Source: an uncultured archaeon (lineage in GTDB: Archaea > Asgardarchaeota > Thorarchaeia > Thorarchaeales > Thorarchaeaceae). Taken from it: DNA of 64,000 nucleotides. The notes under the pieces were generated by a model, which was not told the origin of the DNA, ran no database searches, and saw nothing but the letters and a program-made list of their open reading frames with translations. A program made the position numbers and the translations under genes. Location of the stretch: the NCBI GenBank assembly GCA_964473825.1, contig CAYYQL010000007.1, forward strand, positions 30,768 through 94,767, in the 5' to 3' direction. Positions 38,411 to 48,894 of this stretch are shown here, piece after piece. Each line of letters begins with the position of its first letter. The first letter of the stretch is position 1.

Positions 38411-39712
38411 ATGGAGAAGATTCCCCTCGAAGCACTACCTGATGCATTACCGGACGGCATAGACATAGAGAATTATGTGATATGCACCTACTATGTGGGT
38501 CTTCCCCCCTTTATGGATGCAAGACAAGTTGCACATGCTGCGGCAGTTGAGCAGAGCACAGGAACTTGGACAATGGTGCCAGGCGAGACCTTGGAAGTGC
38601 GGAAGCGTCATGTGGCCAAAGTGGTTGGCATCTATGAGGTGCCGCAATACGAATACAGCACCCCCAAAGATATCGAGCGGCGGCAGTACATCATACAAGT
38701 GGCATATCCATGGGAAAACTTCGGCAGACAGATTCCAATGCTACTGAGTACGGTTATTGGGAACATATCGCTTGGAGGGCGCATCAAGTGTTTAGACATG
38801 CGCTTTCCAAAGGAATGGTTGAAGGGCTTCAAAGGACCGAAGTTTGGAATCAAGGGCCTTCGGAAGCTTCTTGGTGTTAAGAAACGTCCACTCCTGAACA
38901 ATATGATCAAACCGTGTGTCTATACATCAGCCAAGATGGGAGCAGATTTGGCATACCAAGCTGCTGTTGGGGGAGCTGACATTATCAAGGATGATGAGCT
39001 CCTTGCCAACCCAGAGTTCAATACGCTTGAAGAGAGGATACCCCTGTTCATGGAGGCGCTGGATAAAGCAGATGCAGAGAAAGGAGAGAAGACACTATTC
39101 ACGGTGAATATCACAGACAGCGTCCCCAAACTGTTTGAGAACGCCGATAGAGCAATCGAGCTGGGTGCCAATGCACTCATGATAAACTTCCTTGCTGTGG
39201 GGTATTCTGCCTTCAGACATGCGTGTGAAATGAGTGAGGTTCCAGTTCTTGCACACATGGATATTGCCGGGGCTCTATCGTACTCACCCATAACCGGCAT
39301 CGGAACAAACATCGTGATCGGAAAGCTCCCCAGGATTTGTGGGTCAGACATAACCGTCTTCCCTGCCCCCTACGGGAAAGCCCCTCTACTGAAGGAACGC
39401 TTTCTAGCCATGGCACATCACATGGTCATGCCTCTCAGAAACATCAACCCCAGTATGCCCATGCCCAGCGGAGGAATATCTCAAGGCATGGTGGAGGAGG
39501 CGGTGGATGATCTGGGACCAGACATCGTGATTGGGTCGGGTGGAGCGATACACGCCCATCCAGATGGCCCAACAGCTGGAGCAAAGGCATTTCGGCAGGC
39601 CATTGAGGCCAAGATGAAAGGGGTCCACGTCAGTGTCTATGCCAAGGAACACGAGGAGCTGAAGAAAGCAATGGACTCATGGGGCTCGGGTCGGACTGGA
39701 TTCGACCTGTAA
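38411..39712 (+). CDS. RuBisCO large-subunit superfamily protein. Either a form III carboxylase or, more likely, a RuBisCO-like protein (RLP).
   Basis: Carbamylation/metal motif GGADIIKDDE is present, as are the GKL, SGG and GSGG-x5-HPDG loops. By eye-alignment, the KPK motif is KPC, the H-R pair is H-M, and the H327-equivalent looks substituted (spinach numbering). Confidence 0.7.
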   Translation: MEKIPLEALPDALPDGIDIENYVICTYYVGLPPFMDARQVAHAAAVEQSTGTWTMVPGETLEVRKRHVAKVVGIYEVPQYEYSTPKDIERRQYIIQVAYPWENFGRQIPMLLSTVIGNISLGGRIKCLDMRFPKEWLKGFKGPKFGIKGLRKLLGVKKRPLLNNMIKPCVYTSAKMGADLAYQAAVGGADIIKDDELLANPEFNTLEERIPLFMEALDKADAEKGEKTLFTVNITDSVPKLFENADRAIELGANALMINFLAVGYSAFRHACEMSEVPVLAHMDIAGALSYSPITGIGTNIVIGKLPRICGSDITVFPAPYGKAPLLKERFLAMAHHMVMPLRNINPSMPMPSGGISQGMVEEAVDDLGPDIVIGSGGAIHAHPDGPTAGAKAFRQAIEAKMKGVHVSVYAKEHEELKKAMDSWGSGRTGFDL

Positions 39713-39745
39713 TGCTGAGAGACTGGTAGTAGAGAAACATGAAGG

Positions 39746-41329
39746 TCAATGAGCCTCTTCATTCATCTTCTTCCAGAGGGCCTTATTCCTCTTGTAGTAC
39801 TTCTTCATGATCTCAGAGAGCCGCTCATAGGTCTCAAAGGTGTCAGCGTTGGGCTCGAAGACATGATCAACCTTTATCTTGTTTCCAACCTGATTGAAAT
39901 CCTTGAGTTCGCCTAGACCCACAAATGCAACCATCGACACTCCTATGCTTCCTGCTGCCTGTGGATGCCGCATCCTGTGTATTGGCTTCTGAAGGACGTC
40001 AGCAAATATCTGGGGCCAGAGATCAGACTTAGCGCATCCACCAATCATGTTGATCTTCGGTACCTTCCCCAGCATCTTTCGTTTCTCGACCCCTTCCATC
40101 ATCCAGCGCGTATGAAGAGCAACACCCTCTAGTACGGAACGCACCATATGCTTCTTCGAATGAGCCAGTGATAGATTGAAGTAACCGCCGCGTACATTGT
40201 GGTCATCAAGTGGGCTGCGCTCTCCAAACATCCAAGGTGCAAAGAGTAGATTATCAGAACCCGGCTCAGACTCAGCGGCAATCTTGTCTATGACTGAAAA
40301 TGGGTTTCGTTCTCCAGTCTCGCAGGATAAACACTCCTCGGCTGCAAGGGGACGTATGTTTTCGCAAAGATCACAGTGCCATTCTTCACGTAGATGCTTC
40401 AGGCATGCGCCCGCGGACTCTTGTTCAGCCACCATGAAATACTTGCCCGGAATGGCACTGCGTATTGAACCTGTGAAGGAGCTGATGTCTAGCTTCCTGT
40501 CTTCAACATGAGCCCCTAGCCAAGCACTTGACCCTGCGTAGAGATGGCATTCCTTTTCACGCACAGCCCCCGAACCAACTCCCGCAGCAGTCATATCTCC
40601 GCTCCCGTTCACGACCATGGTCTCGGTAGTGAGCCCTAGCTCTTTTGCAGCGTCAGATGTCAATGACCCCACAACTTCTGTGGAAGGTGCCAGCCGGGGG
40701 AGCTTTTCAATGTCAAGGTTCATCCATCCCAGAATGGTTTCGGACCATTCATTGTTTCCCTTGCGTGTGTTCATGAACCACGTGAGGTTCCCGCAGTCCC
40801 AGGAGGTCACATACTCGCCCGTGGTACGAAATATCAAGTAGTCCTTACAATCCAAGAATTTACAGGTCTTCTCATACACCTCCGGGCGCTCCTCCATGAC
40901 CCAGAGAATCTTCCCGATGATGTCCTTTCCTGAGGGCAGTCCACCCGTGATTCGTAACATCCTGAGCATTCTGATTGGATTCGAGATGATTTTCTTATTC
41001 TGCCGAGCCGCCCTTGAATCCATCCAGGTCATGCAATTCATCAGTGGTCTTCCTACTCTATTGACAGGGATTGTACCCATCATTTGAGTCGAGAATGTGA
41101 GGGCAATCACATCTCTGGGAGATAGTTTGGACTTCGATATCACTTTACGTGATGTTTCCCGGATAGCATTCCACCAGTGCTGCTCCGGGTCTTGTTCAGC
41201 CCAGTTGACTTGGGGATAGAGGACAGGGTAGCTCTTTTCTGCAGAGGCCAAAATCTCACCATCGATACTGACAAGAGATGCCTTGTTTCCGCCGGTTCCT
41301 ACATCGTGTGCTAGGACATACCCCGTCAT
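39746..41329 (-). CDS. FGGY-family carbohydrate kinase (xylulokinase/glycerol-kinase-like).
   Basis: N-terminal YVLAHDVGTGGNKASLV, and the two-domain FGGY length of 527 aa. Confidence 0.75.
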   Translation of the reverse strand: MTGYVLAHDVGTGGNKASLVSIDGEILASAEKSYPVLYPQVNWAEQDPEQHWWNAIRETSRKVISKSKLSPRDVIALTFSTQMMGTIPVNRVGRPLMNCMTWMDSRAARQNKKIISNPIRMLRMLRITGGLPSGKDIIGKILWVMEERPEVYEKTCKFLDCKDYLIFRTTGEYVTSWDCGNLTWFMNTRKGNNEWSETILGWMNLDIEKLPRLAPSTEVVGSLTSDAAKELGLTTETMVVNGSGDMTAAGVGSGAVREKECHLYAGSSAWLGAHVEDRKLDISSFTGSIRSAIPGKYFMVAEQESAGACLKHLREEWHCDLCENIRPLAAEECLSCETGERNPFSVIDKIAAESEPGSDNLLFAPWMFGERSPLDDHNVRGGYFNLSLAHSKKHMVRSVLEGVALHTRWMMEGVEKRKMLGKVPKINMIGGCAKSDLWPQIFADVLQKPIHRMRHPQAAGSIGVSMVAFVGLGELKDFNQVGNKIKVDHVFEPNADTFETYERLSEIMKKYYKRNKALWKKMNEEAH

Positions 41330-41424
41330 GATTTAGCCACACTTCAACTGACAAGAGTGTACTTGGCGTGCAAAATAGATTTCGATTGTCTTTCTGACGC
41401 AGCAATGGCATATATCGATGCCAG

Positions 41425-42640
41425 TTACAGGGCTATTCGCTCGAGATTCCCCTCATGATTAATGGATTCGATAATCAATGGAGAACCCTCTCCTGTTACA
41501 TCATCTAGTTTCAGATATTCCTGCATGAGCCCAAGGAACTCAAGAGGATTGATAGATGCCTCCGGAGGTAGAACTCCTTTACCCTCCACTTTACCTCTCT
41601 GCATGAGGAGAGCTCCAATAGCAGCTGGAATGCCGGTCCCCTCCCCCATAGACTGCCCCTCGGAAGCAAGAGAGAAGTCGAACTGGTGGGGCTTGCCCTC
41701 AACAGCACCCTTCATCGTGATCTTGAGACAACCTCGCTGTGTTCCGAAATTGGTGGCTTCCAGAATCTCGTCTCTCCGCGAGATGATATAGGCGATAGTG
41801 AATTCTCTCGGAACGACTTCCTGCCCCTTGACATTGATTGGCTCCTCCTCCACAATACCGAGCCTAACGATTTCCCTTATCAGATCGTAATACTCTGTCG
41901 GAATCACACACCCGAGATTCGTCACTCGCTGGCAATCAATGTAGTTGGGTAAGGTTATGGTCTCGGGGTGAGGATAAGGGTAGCAACGATATGTTCCAAC
42001 GCAGTGGAATTCAACATCCTCTTCAAGGGCTTGCCCACTCTCTTCGAAGTATTTCACAGTGGTAAAACCGCCATCGAGGTACATCGGAATATCAGCCAGC
42101 ATGCTGTGAATCCTGTGTGCAACAACAGCCGGACCCTCATTAGGTTCACCCCCGTGTGCATGAAGAATGTCAATTGAGTCCACCTCATCGAGCATGTGAT
42201 CTGCACAGAACTTGGCGAGAAGATTGGCAACACCAGGCGAGCTACCCATTCCTGTTAGGGCTGTGACATCAGCTTCCTTCGCTACTGTGTCCATATCCAG
42301 TAGTTTCTTTGTGGCGTCAAAGTCGTCACAGACATCAACATAGTTGACTCCAGCCTCGATAACAGCTTTGAGTACTATTGGCCCATACTTGTAAAATGGT
42401 CCACAGCAATTCAGAACCACGTCTGCATTCTTGATGGCATTCTTGATGCTCCCAGCATTCCCGGCATCAACTGCAAGAGCCGAACAACTATCAGATCCCA
42501 TCTCTGCAGCTCGTTCATGCGCCCCCTCTTCATTGATGTCAGCAATGACAATCTCATCGAAATCATCGAATGAGGCAAGTGCTCGTACAGCGATACTTCC
42601 AACAATGCCGCAACCTCCAATGACCACAACTCTTGGCATG
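41425..42640 (-). CDS. Saccharopine-dehydrogenase-family NAD(P)-binding oxidoreductase.
   Basis: Rossmann motif MPRVVVIGGCGIVGS, the probable true start. The track start at 42834 adds about 65 aa that are unlikely to be real. Confidence 0.6.
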
Positions 42641-42867
42641 GCTATCATGAAGGGAGCTGCCGACATATAGATATGTCGAGCTGAGCTATTAGCCCATCCG
42701 TAAGGGGTGTGCTTCAATCCTTTGCACAAAAGATACTTGGACAGGATAACTGAGAACTCATGATGGATGGCTAGATATCCTACATGATTCCTTGTGCCAC
42801 CATAATATTTCCATATACCGCCTCCGGATATCACAATGGCAGAACAAGAAGTGCCTCTCTCATAAAG

Positions 42868-43617
42868 TCAGAGAATAGATACACGGTCGCCGGGTTGAAG
42901 GTCAATTCTGTCGATAGCCCGTGCATTCCGTCGGCAGATCTCCAGAGTGCCTGCGCTACCCGTTACGATGAAGAGCTCATCGTCGGGACCTTCGCCATAC
43001 GTAGAATGGCATCTCAGGGGCATCTTCAGTTTGTCGTTCATAAGACAGACTTTGTCTTTGGCCAGAGGGGGGAGATTGGTGATTATGTTGCCAAAGCGGT
43101 CTATCCGGACCACCTGACCTTCTCGCCCATCACGATGAAACGTCAGAGGTACCTGAAGCGATTCTCTGTATTCGCCCAGCCGCTTCCCCGCAACACCCTT
43201 CTCAAGATAGGCAGCCATGCGGGCAAATACGTCGCGGCCGTGGAATGTTTTTGCATCCTCTTCCTCAACAGCAATCGTGAATATCTTTTCTACTCCATCA
43301 TTCTGAACAGTGGGATAGAGAACACCATTGTCGGGTCCAATGAAGCTGAAATTACGGGTTGTTACCAAGACAGCATCGCGTTCTGTACCAACCCCGGGAT
43401 CCACCACAACCACAAAGGTTGTTCGTCGTGGAAAGTAAGAGTAGCTCTTGAGAAGGATCCAGGCACCTTCGATTATTGATTGGGGACTCACAGAATGTGT
43501 GAGGTCAATGATACGAGCCTTGTCGCAGATAGAGTATATCATACCTTTCATCATACCTACATACTCGGACTCGCCGAAATCTGTTAACAGAACTATCATG
43601 AGAAAGCCTCTATTCAC
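42868..43617 (-). CDS. SAM hydroxide adenosyltransferase family (DUF62; fluorinase/chlorinase superfamily).
   Basis: N-terminal LLTDFGESEYVGMMKGMI, and 249 aa, typical of DUF62. Confidence 0.65.
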   Translation of the reverse strand: MNRGFLMIVLLTDFGESEYVGMMKGMIYSICDKARIIDLTHSVSPQSIIEGAWILLKSYSYFPRRTTFVVVVDPGVGTERDAVLVTTRNFSFIGPDNGVLYPTVQNDGVEKIFTIAVEEEDAKTFHGRDVFARMAAYLEKGVAGKRLGEYRESLQVPLTFHRDGREGQVVRIDRFGNIITNLPPLAKDKVCLMNDKLKMPLRCHSTYGEGPDDELFIVTGSAGTLEICRRNARAIDRIDLQPGDRVSIL

Positions 43618-43632
43618 CTATGTATAATTGCG

Positions 43633-44766
43633 TTATTCTACCTTTACCAATCGTATCTCGTTGTAGTCACTGATGACCCGTATGTAGCCTTGAAGCATTT
43701 CATCAACAGCAGAATCGCCTGTATCAACCTTTAGTGTTTCTCCTTCAATGCCCTTTAGTTTCGAAGGTGTTGACAAAACCTTGATGTGATCTCGGCCTAC
43801 ACGTTTGATTATCTCGGGACTGATCTGCTGGTTTCCTCGTCCAAACAGCATACCCTGGTGTCCGATAGGCGACACGATAATCCACGCTTTCTCGAAATCA
43901 TCCACTAACTCTAGAATCTGTGATTCATTCACATCATTATGGACCTTGCCACTGTGATAGAGGTCCACCCCAAGTGTGGTCTTCTTAATTTCAAGGAGGT
44001 CTGTTACACTCTCTACTGTCGTTCCGGGTCCCAGGATGTAGTAGCCGTCATTCTCCATACGTTCGACAATATGACGAGCTATCGCCTCCTGTGCCTCTTG
44101 TTCATTGACAGTTTCAGGACTTGCCTGCTTGGCCCCCTGAAATCTTGCAGGAACCGAGGGTCCTTGAAGATAACCATAGAGTCTAATGCTAAAGTTGTCT
44201 TCGCGGAAGGCCTCTTCGTCCGCATCCATTATCTCGAATTTCGATGGCTGCGCGGAGCCCTCAAGTACGAGGCGGACTACCTCCGCAGCATCTCTCGGGT
44301 TTATCACAAAGATGCCGCTGTACATCTTTACTCCAGATGGGACGCCCAATACGACCAGTTCATCCAGCGAGTTCTCTTTTACAGAGTCAAGGATATCACG
44401 GGCAGTACCGTCCCCACCCACAAATGCGAGCAGTCTCACTCCTGCATCATAAAGCGCCTTCACACAGACTCGTGTATCGTGGGAAGTCGTTACCTCACCA
44501 ACATCAACATCTACCACTGTGTGACCTATCCCCAAGCCATTCAGGATGCCGTCACCCATCGGTTCTGGACATGAATAGAACTCAATGTCAAATCGCTCGT
44601 CATCTAATATGCTAGATTGTAGAGCCTCAAGAAACTCCTTTGCTCTTCCCGGAGCCACGGGCTTGGCCCCTCTTCTGCGGGCCTCCTCTACAACCCCGTC
44701 AGTCCCCTTGAGACCCACTCGTCCACCCATTCCTGCAATCGGATTGATCAAGAAACCCAGTTTCAT
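43633..44766 (-). CDS. ATP-NAD kinase family protein.
   Basis: GGDGT motif LAFVGGDGTARDIL, and an N-terminal Gly-rich segment. Confidence 0.65.
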   Translation of the reverse strand: MKLGFLINPIAGMGGRVGLKGTDGVVEEARRRGAKPVAPGRAKEFLEALQSSILDDERFDIEFYSCPEPMGDGILNGLGIGHTVVDVDVGEVTTSHDTRVCVKALYDAGVRLLAFVGGDGTARDILDSVKENSLDELVVLGVPSGVKMYSGIFVINPRDAAEVVRLVLEGSAQPSKFEIMDADEEAFREDNFSIRLYGYLQGPSVPARFQGAKQASPETVNEQEAQEAIARHIVERMENDGYYILGPGTTVESVTDLLEIKKTTLGVDLYHSGKVHNDVNESQILELVDDFEKAWIIVSPIGHQGMLFGRGNQQISPEIIKRVGRDHIKVLSTPSKLKGIEGETLKVDTGDSAVDEMLQGYIRVISDYNEIRLVKVE

Positions 44767-44907
44767 GTGAACCTCGCCTATTGATAATCGGATTCTCTTA
44801 CTCTTTAGAGATTTGGTTGGGTAAGGTCATTCGATCGAATTATTGAGTGATATTCAGAAGATATTCTGCATGAATATCGATTCTTCATAACTGAAGAGAT
44901 GCATCTG

Positions 44908-46080
44908 TCAACTGACTCTCCTTAGAACGTCAGTCACCATGAATTCCTTGTCCTTTCGCCATTGGGAGGCTTCTTCATCAAAAGCATCAGCCCAGGGCCC
45001 GTAAACCTGGCTTCTGTGATAGTCCAGCATTGTCACAACGAAGTTACGACTGATGCTATGCATCCGTCCGAGCAGAGCAGAAAGGTGGCTAGGCGGTAGC
45101 TGAAGATACCAGAAGAGGTAGTTGTCATTTCTTTTCAGTGTAGAACGAAATGGTATCGGATGTGCAGTCATTCTCGACTGTAGGTGGTAGATTTGGTCTG
45201 CGTCGCAAGTTGCTGTCAGGATGACATTACTGTACAGGTCGAAAGCTGTCGGTTCGACAAAGACGTGATATCCAGTAATGAACCGGTCTTCTATCCGCTT
45301 GAGTCGACGAGAGAAGTCTTGAGAAGTGAAATCGATACCGTCTTGGCTCAGGGCCTGAATCATGGCTTTCTGTTTTCTTCTGGCCCCATGGTTCAACTGG
45401 CAGATGATATGGAGGTCCTTCTTGGTTAGTTGGGTGAGGAATGATTCGCCCCCCTTCTTCTGAGGAATAACAGTATCAACCTCTTTCTCGAACCAACGGT
45501 CCCAGTCGAATTTCCACGTGAATGTTTGGGGATTCCAGTTGGCCACCTTGGAAGTCGAGAATATCGGCGGATGTTCACTTGTTGGTAGAATCGAAAACGA
45601 GTCCAGGTGACCAGCAGACTTCACCCGTCCGAGAAGGTCCGTGATCATTGGCTGCATTCCAGTGGGAATTCTGAACTGCACGAAAAGCCCAGAATGAGCT
45701 CCATAGCATCTGGCTCGATACTTTGTGTAGGGATGCTCATCACAGAGTCGCTCCATCCGTTCCAGATCCACGAGATTTGAGGTCATGATGAAGCAGTCGG
45801 TCGTATTCAAACCAAGAGCTACTTCATCAAGCTGAGGAATGACTCGAAATAGACGGTCGGCATAATCCTTGCCTTTACTACTCATCTTACGGAGGTATTC
45901 AGAGACTGTTGTTCTCGAGAAAGTGACACGATTGGCGAGCTCTTGGACAGTGTTCATCGGTCCTTCCTGTAGAGCAACAAGCAGGCTCAGCTGCTTACCT
46001 GTGAGTCCGTCTTTGTTCAAGCCTTCGCCCTCTGATGTAGTTCTATTCCTCTTGTGTTCCTCTTCGATTTCTACCAGCAC
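44908..46080 (-). CDS. Hypothetical protein with an N-terminal winged-helix-like segment.
   Basis: NTVQELANRVTFSRTTVSEYLRKM is HTH-like. The remainder is unrecognised. Confidence 0.45.
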   Translation of the reverse strand: MLVEIEEEHKRNRTTSEGEGLNKDGLTGKQLSLLVALQEGPMNTVQELANRVTFSRTTVSEYLRKMSSKGKDYADRLFRVIPQLDEVALGLNTTDCFIMTSNLVDLERMERLCDEHPYTKYRARCYGAHSGLFVQFRIPTGMQPMITDLLGRVKSAGHLDSFSILPTSEHPPIFSTSKVANWNPQTFTWKFDWDRWFEKEVDTVIPQKKGGESFLTQLTKKDLHIICQLNHGARRKQKAMIQALSQDGIDFTSQDFSRRLKRIEDRFITGYHVFVEPTAFDLYSNVILTATCDADQIYHLQSRMTAHPIPFRSTLKRNDNYLFWYLQLPPSHLSALLGRMHSISRNFVVTMLDYHRSQVYGPWADAFDEEASQWRKDKEFMVTDVLRRVS

Positions 46081-46556
46081 ATGACCTCTATGTGAGGATC
46101 ACCGACACCTGAACCTGTAGGAGGATCGAAGATATGAGAGGTTTCAGTGTAACCAAGCACCGATCCGCCGTAGGCGATTGCAGTAATGTCAAGATTGTAC
46201 CAGCCCGACTCCCATGCGGAATCATACCAGAAGATTCTCATGCGAATCTCAGAGAATCTTCCGATCAGCTGTATTAGGCCGTAATGCTCGAACCCTGATG
46301 GCAATCTCAAGACAAGATAGTACTCGGAGTACCGAGGGCAGGGAGCGTGTGGAGGCACTGTCAAAGTCAAATCTATCAGAACATCATCTTCGATTCCATC
46401 GGAATCGAGATCTGCATAGGTAGCGTAGTCTACAGTCACTTCCAATCTGCTTGTGGATGCAGACACTCGAGGTGCTGACATTAACACGAGAACCAAAGTC
46501 ACGAGGGCAATCAGACCATGTCGCTTTGTCAGTCTCATGAAGTGTGGATTATGCAA
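46071..46556 (-). CDS. Small secreted protein of unknown function.
   Basis: Signal-peptide-like N-terminus LIALVTLVLVLMSAPRVSAS. Downstream of the subtilisin gene. Confidence 0.45.
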   Translation of the reverse strand: MHNPHFMRLTKRHGLIALVTLVLVLMSAPRVSASTSRLEVTVDYATYADLDSDGIEDDVLIDLTLTVPPHAPCPRYSEYYLVLRLPSGFEHYGLIQLIGRFSEIRMRIFWYDSAWESGWYNLDITAIAYGGSVLGYTETSHIFDPPTGSGVGDPHIEVMCW

Positions 46557-46586
46557 GTCAACTTATATACATTCTTGAATAATTCC

Positions 46587-46616
46587 CAAAAAAAGAAGGT
46601 GGGGGGCAGAGCCCCC
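46587..46616 (-). terminator. Intrinsic-terminator-like hairpin (GGGGGC-tct-GCCCCC) followed by a T7 tract, 3' of the subtilisin gene.
   Basis: Minus strand reads taacGGGGGCtctGCCCCCcaccttcTTTTTTTggg immediately after the stop. Confidence 0.55.
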
Positions 46617-46620
46617 GTTA

Positions 46621-48576
46621 CTATATACTGAATGTCTTGGAGGTTTCGACATTTGCTGAGGAGTCGTATGTATAACTCGAATGTGTGACTCCCGTTACCG
46701 TTACTGTGTACGAGCCCTTGGCGGTCTTGCCTAGGTCAAACACAGCCACGCCATCACTTCCTGTGGTGGTGGTGAAGGTACTCACCGATCCACTCGGATA
46801 CTGAACGTCAATAGTGACGGTGGCTCCGCTCACAGGGTTGCCGTTTTGGTCAACTATGGACACATAGATGGTCAGCCAGGCGTTAGGACCTCGATAGGTG
46901 GCTTGGTAGGTGATACTGGATACATGCATGTAATCATCAGTAGAACCTCCACCATTATCGACAGTTACGCCATTGCTGTCCGAAGCTATCTGGGAATTGG
47001 TGTCTGTAGCACGAGCTGAAACAGTATGACTGCCGTCAGAGTAGGCAGTTGTGTCCCAATCGTAGTAGTAGTAATCACCATCGATATTGTTGGTGATGTC
47101 TACCCAGCTTCCAGAGTCAATCCGAACCTCTACTTTCGAAACGCCATTGTCGTCGGCAGCATTCACATAGACCCGATAGACACCGCTGATTGTTTCACCT
47201 TCGGCTGGTGCAACAATCGAGCATGACGGAGGATTGTCAGTAGTGCCGCCGCCACCTGTGACATAGTCGAGTGCATCTTTTGCCTGAGCGATACCGTATC
47301 CGTACGTGTTGTCAGGACCTTCCTCGCCCTTATCAAGAGCTGTGGTTGTCAGGACATTCTTTACGTCGAAAGAGCTGAGAGTGTTGTCAGCCTGACGTAT
47401 CAATGCACCAATGCCTGCCGCCATAGGCGTCGCCATTGATGTACCACTGTATGTCACATATCCATTTCCGCTGTTGGCCTCTGCAGCGGTGATTGATGAT
47501 CCTGCAGCACATATCTCTGGCTTCAGCCGGCCATCACCAGTTGGCCCCTCATTGCTGAAACTCGAATGAGAGCCATCGTCATTCACCGAACCAACGGTGA
47601 TTGCGTAACGGGAAGCGGCCGGGCAACCAATGGTGTTGTAGCCGTACAGCATCTCAGGACGACCGTGATTTCCAGCGGCCACGAACAGGGCAACATTGGA
47701 CTCCATTATGGAGTCGGCCATGAGACAAATCTCGTCAGTTCCATCACATGAAGAGGACGGGTTAGTTCCAAGGCTCATTGAGGCGATGTCAATACTGTAG
47801 GTGGTTCTGTAATCAATGACCCATTGCATTCCAGCAAGTACGCCCTCCAATGAGCCGCCACCACCAGAATCTAGCACTTTAACACCCACCAGCTGTGCAG
47901 CATATGCTACACCGCGGTATCGTGAGTCGGCCTCACCAGTCCCTGCTGCGATGCTGGCACAATGCGTTCCATGTCCATTATCGTCGTAAGCAGAAACAGG
48001 AGCCGATAGGTCATCTTGCCCGTTTACAAAGTCTTTGAATGCAATGACCTTGTAGTTGTTGTAGGCGTCATTGTCATCAAGGTCAACGTGTGAGTTGTCA
48101 ATTCCGGTGTCGATAATCGCAATCACCATGCCCTCTCCGCGATACGGATACGACTGATACGCCTCAGGTATCTGAACAACAGGGGTGCCGCTATCTAATG
48201 TAGCACGGACCTCAGTTTCCGCATCAGATATTCGAATGACATCAGTCATCTTTGTCAATAGAGGTACATTCCGGACAGGAATGGATATCGACATGGCTCC
48301 TATTGCATCATAGCGATACCGAACGGTTGCATCCAATCCAGCCAACATATCCTCCAGGCTTGGACTGGCGGTTACGATGACTGACACATATTCATTTCTT
48401 TCAAGACTAGCAAGCTTGCTCTCGAAGCTGTCAACAATCTTGTTACCGTTCATGTCCCAGGCAGTGACCTGGACTGAGTCAGTTCCGACTTCGATACTCA
48501 GTAGACCAGCAACAGTTGTCGCAGCAAAGAGAAAAGTGAAGACAAAAGCAGCAATCTTGAGACTCTTCTTATTCAA
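46621..48576 (-). CDS. Secreted subtilisin-like serine protease (S8) with C-terminal beta-sandwich/Ig-like domains.
   Basis: Catalytic triad motifs AIIDTGID, HGTHCAS and GTSMATPMAAG, with an N-terminal signal peptide. Confidence 0.9.
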   Translation of the reverse strand: MNKKSLKIAAFVFTFLFAATTVAGLLSIEVGTDSVQVTAWDMNGNKIVDSFESKLASLERNEYVSVIVTASPSLEDMLAGLDATVRYRYDAIGAMSISIPVRNVPLLTKMTDVIRISDAETEVRATLDSGTPVVQIPEAYQSYPYRGEGMVIAIIDTGIDNSHVDLDDNDAYNNYKVIAFKDFVNGQDDLSAPVSAYDDNGHGTHCASIAAGTGEADSRYRGVAYAAQLVGVKVLDSGGGGSLEGVLAGMQWVIDYRTTYSIDIASMSLGTNPSSSCDGTDEICLMADSIMESNVALFVAAGNHGRPEMLYGYNTIGCPAASRYAITVGSVNDDGSHSSFSNEGPTGDGRLKPEICAAGSSITAAEANSGNGYVTYSGTSMATPMAAGIGALIRQADNTLSSFDVKNVLTTTALDKGEEGPDNTYGYGIAQAKDALDYVTGGGGTTDNPPSCSIVAPAEGETISGVYRVYVNAADDNGVSKVEVRIDSGSWVDITNNIDGDYYYYDWDTTAYSDGSHTVSARATDTNSQIASDSNGVTVDNGGGSTDDYMHVSSITYQATYRGPNAWLTIYVSIVDQNGNPVSGATVTIDVQYPSGSVSTFTTTTGSDGVAVFDLGKTAKGSYTVTVTGVTHSSYTYDSSANVETSKTFSI

Positions 48577-48894
48577 ATCATCTCTCTCCCAAGTGATGCA
48601 CAGAAGTGCCCACTCTTAGCTTGCGGATTATGCAACTTGCTTTATATTTCTACCGAAAATTTCCGCACAGCCTCGGATCTAACTAGCGTTGGTCATTTAG
48701 ATTGGCAGCGAGGATGCGCTGGCCGCAACTCAGGAGTGCGCTGACTGACTGCTAAGTATACACTGGAGTCCTCCGAGAAACAACGAACGGTGGGAGAAAT
48801 CCATTGATGTGCTGCTTCGTAGTGCAGACCCCCTTGGCCCAGAGTCCGCAACAGTGATATAAGACAGCACGAGTCCCTTTGAGGAAGGGACTGA

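Noticed and set aside
38411-39712. Form III RuBisCO operating in an AMP-salvage (AMP phosphorylase / R15P isomerase) pathway.
   Set aside because: Neither partner gene is in the window, and the active-site substitutions argue against carboxylase function. The adenosine deaminase gene 24 kb away is not linked to it.
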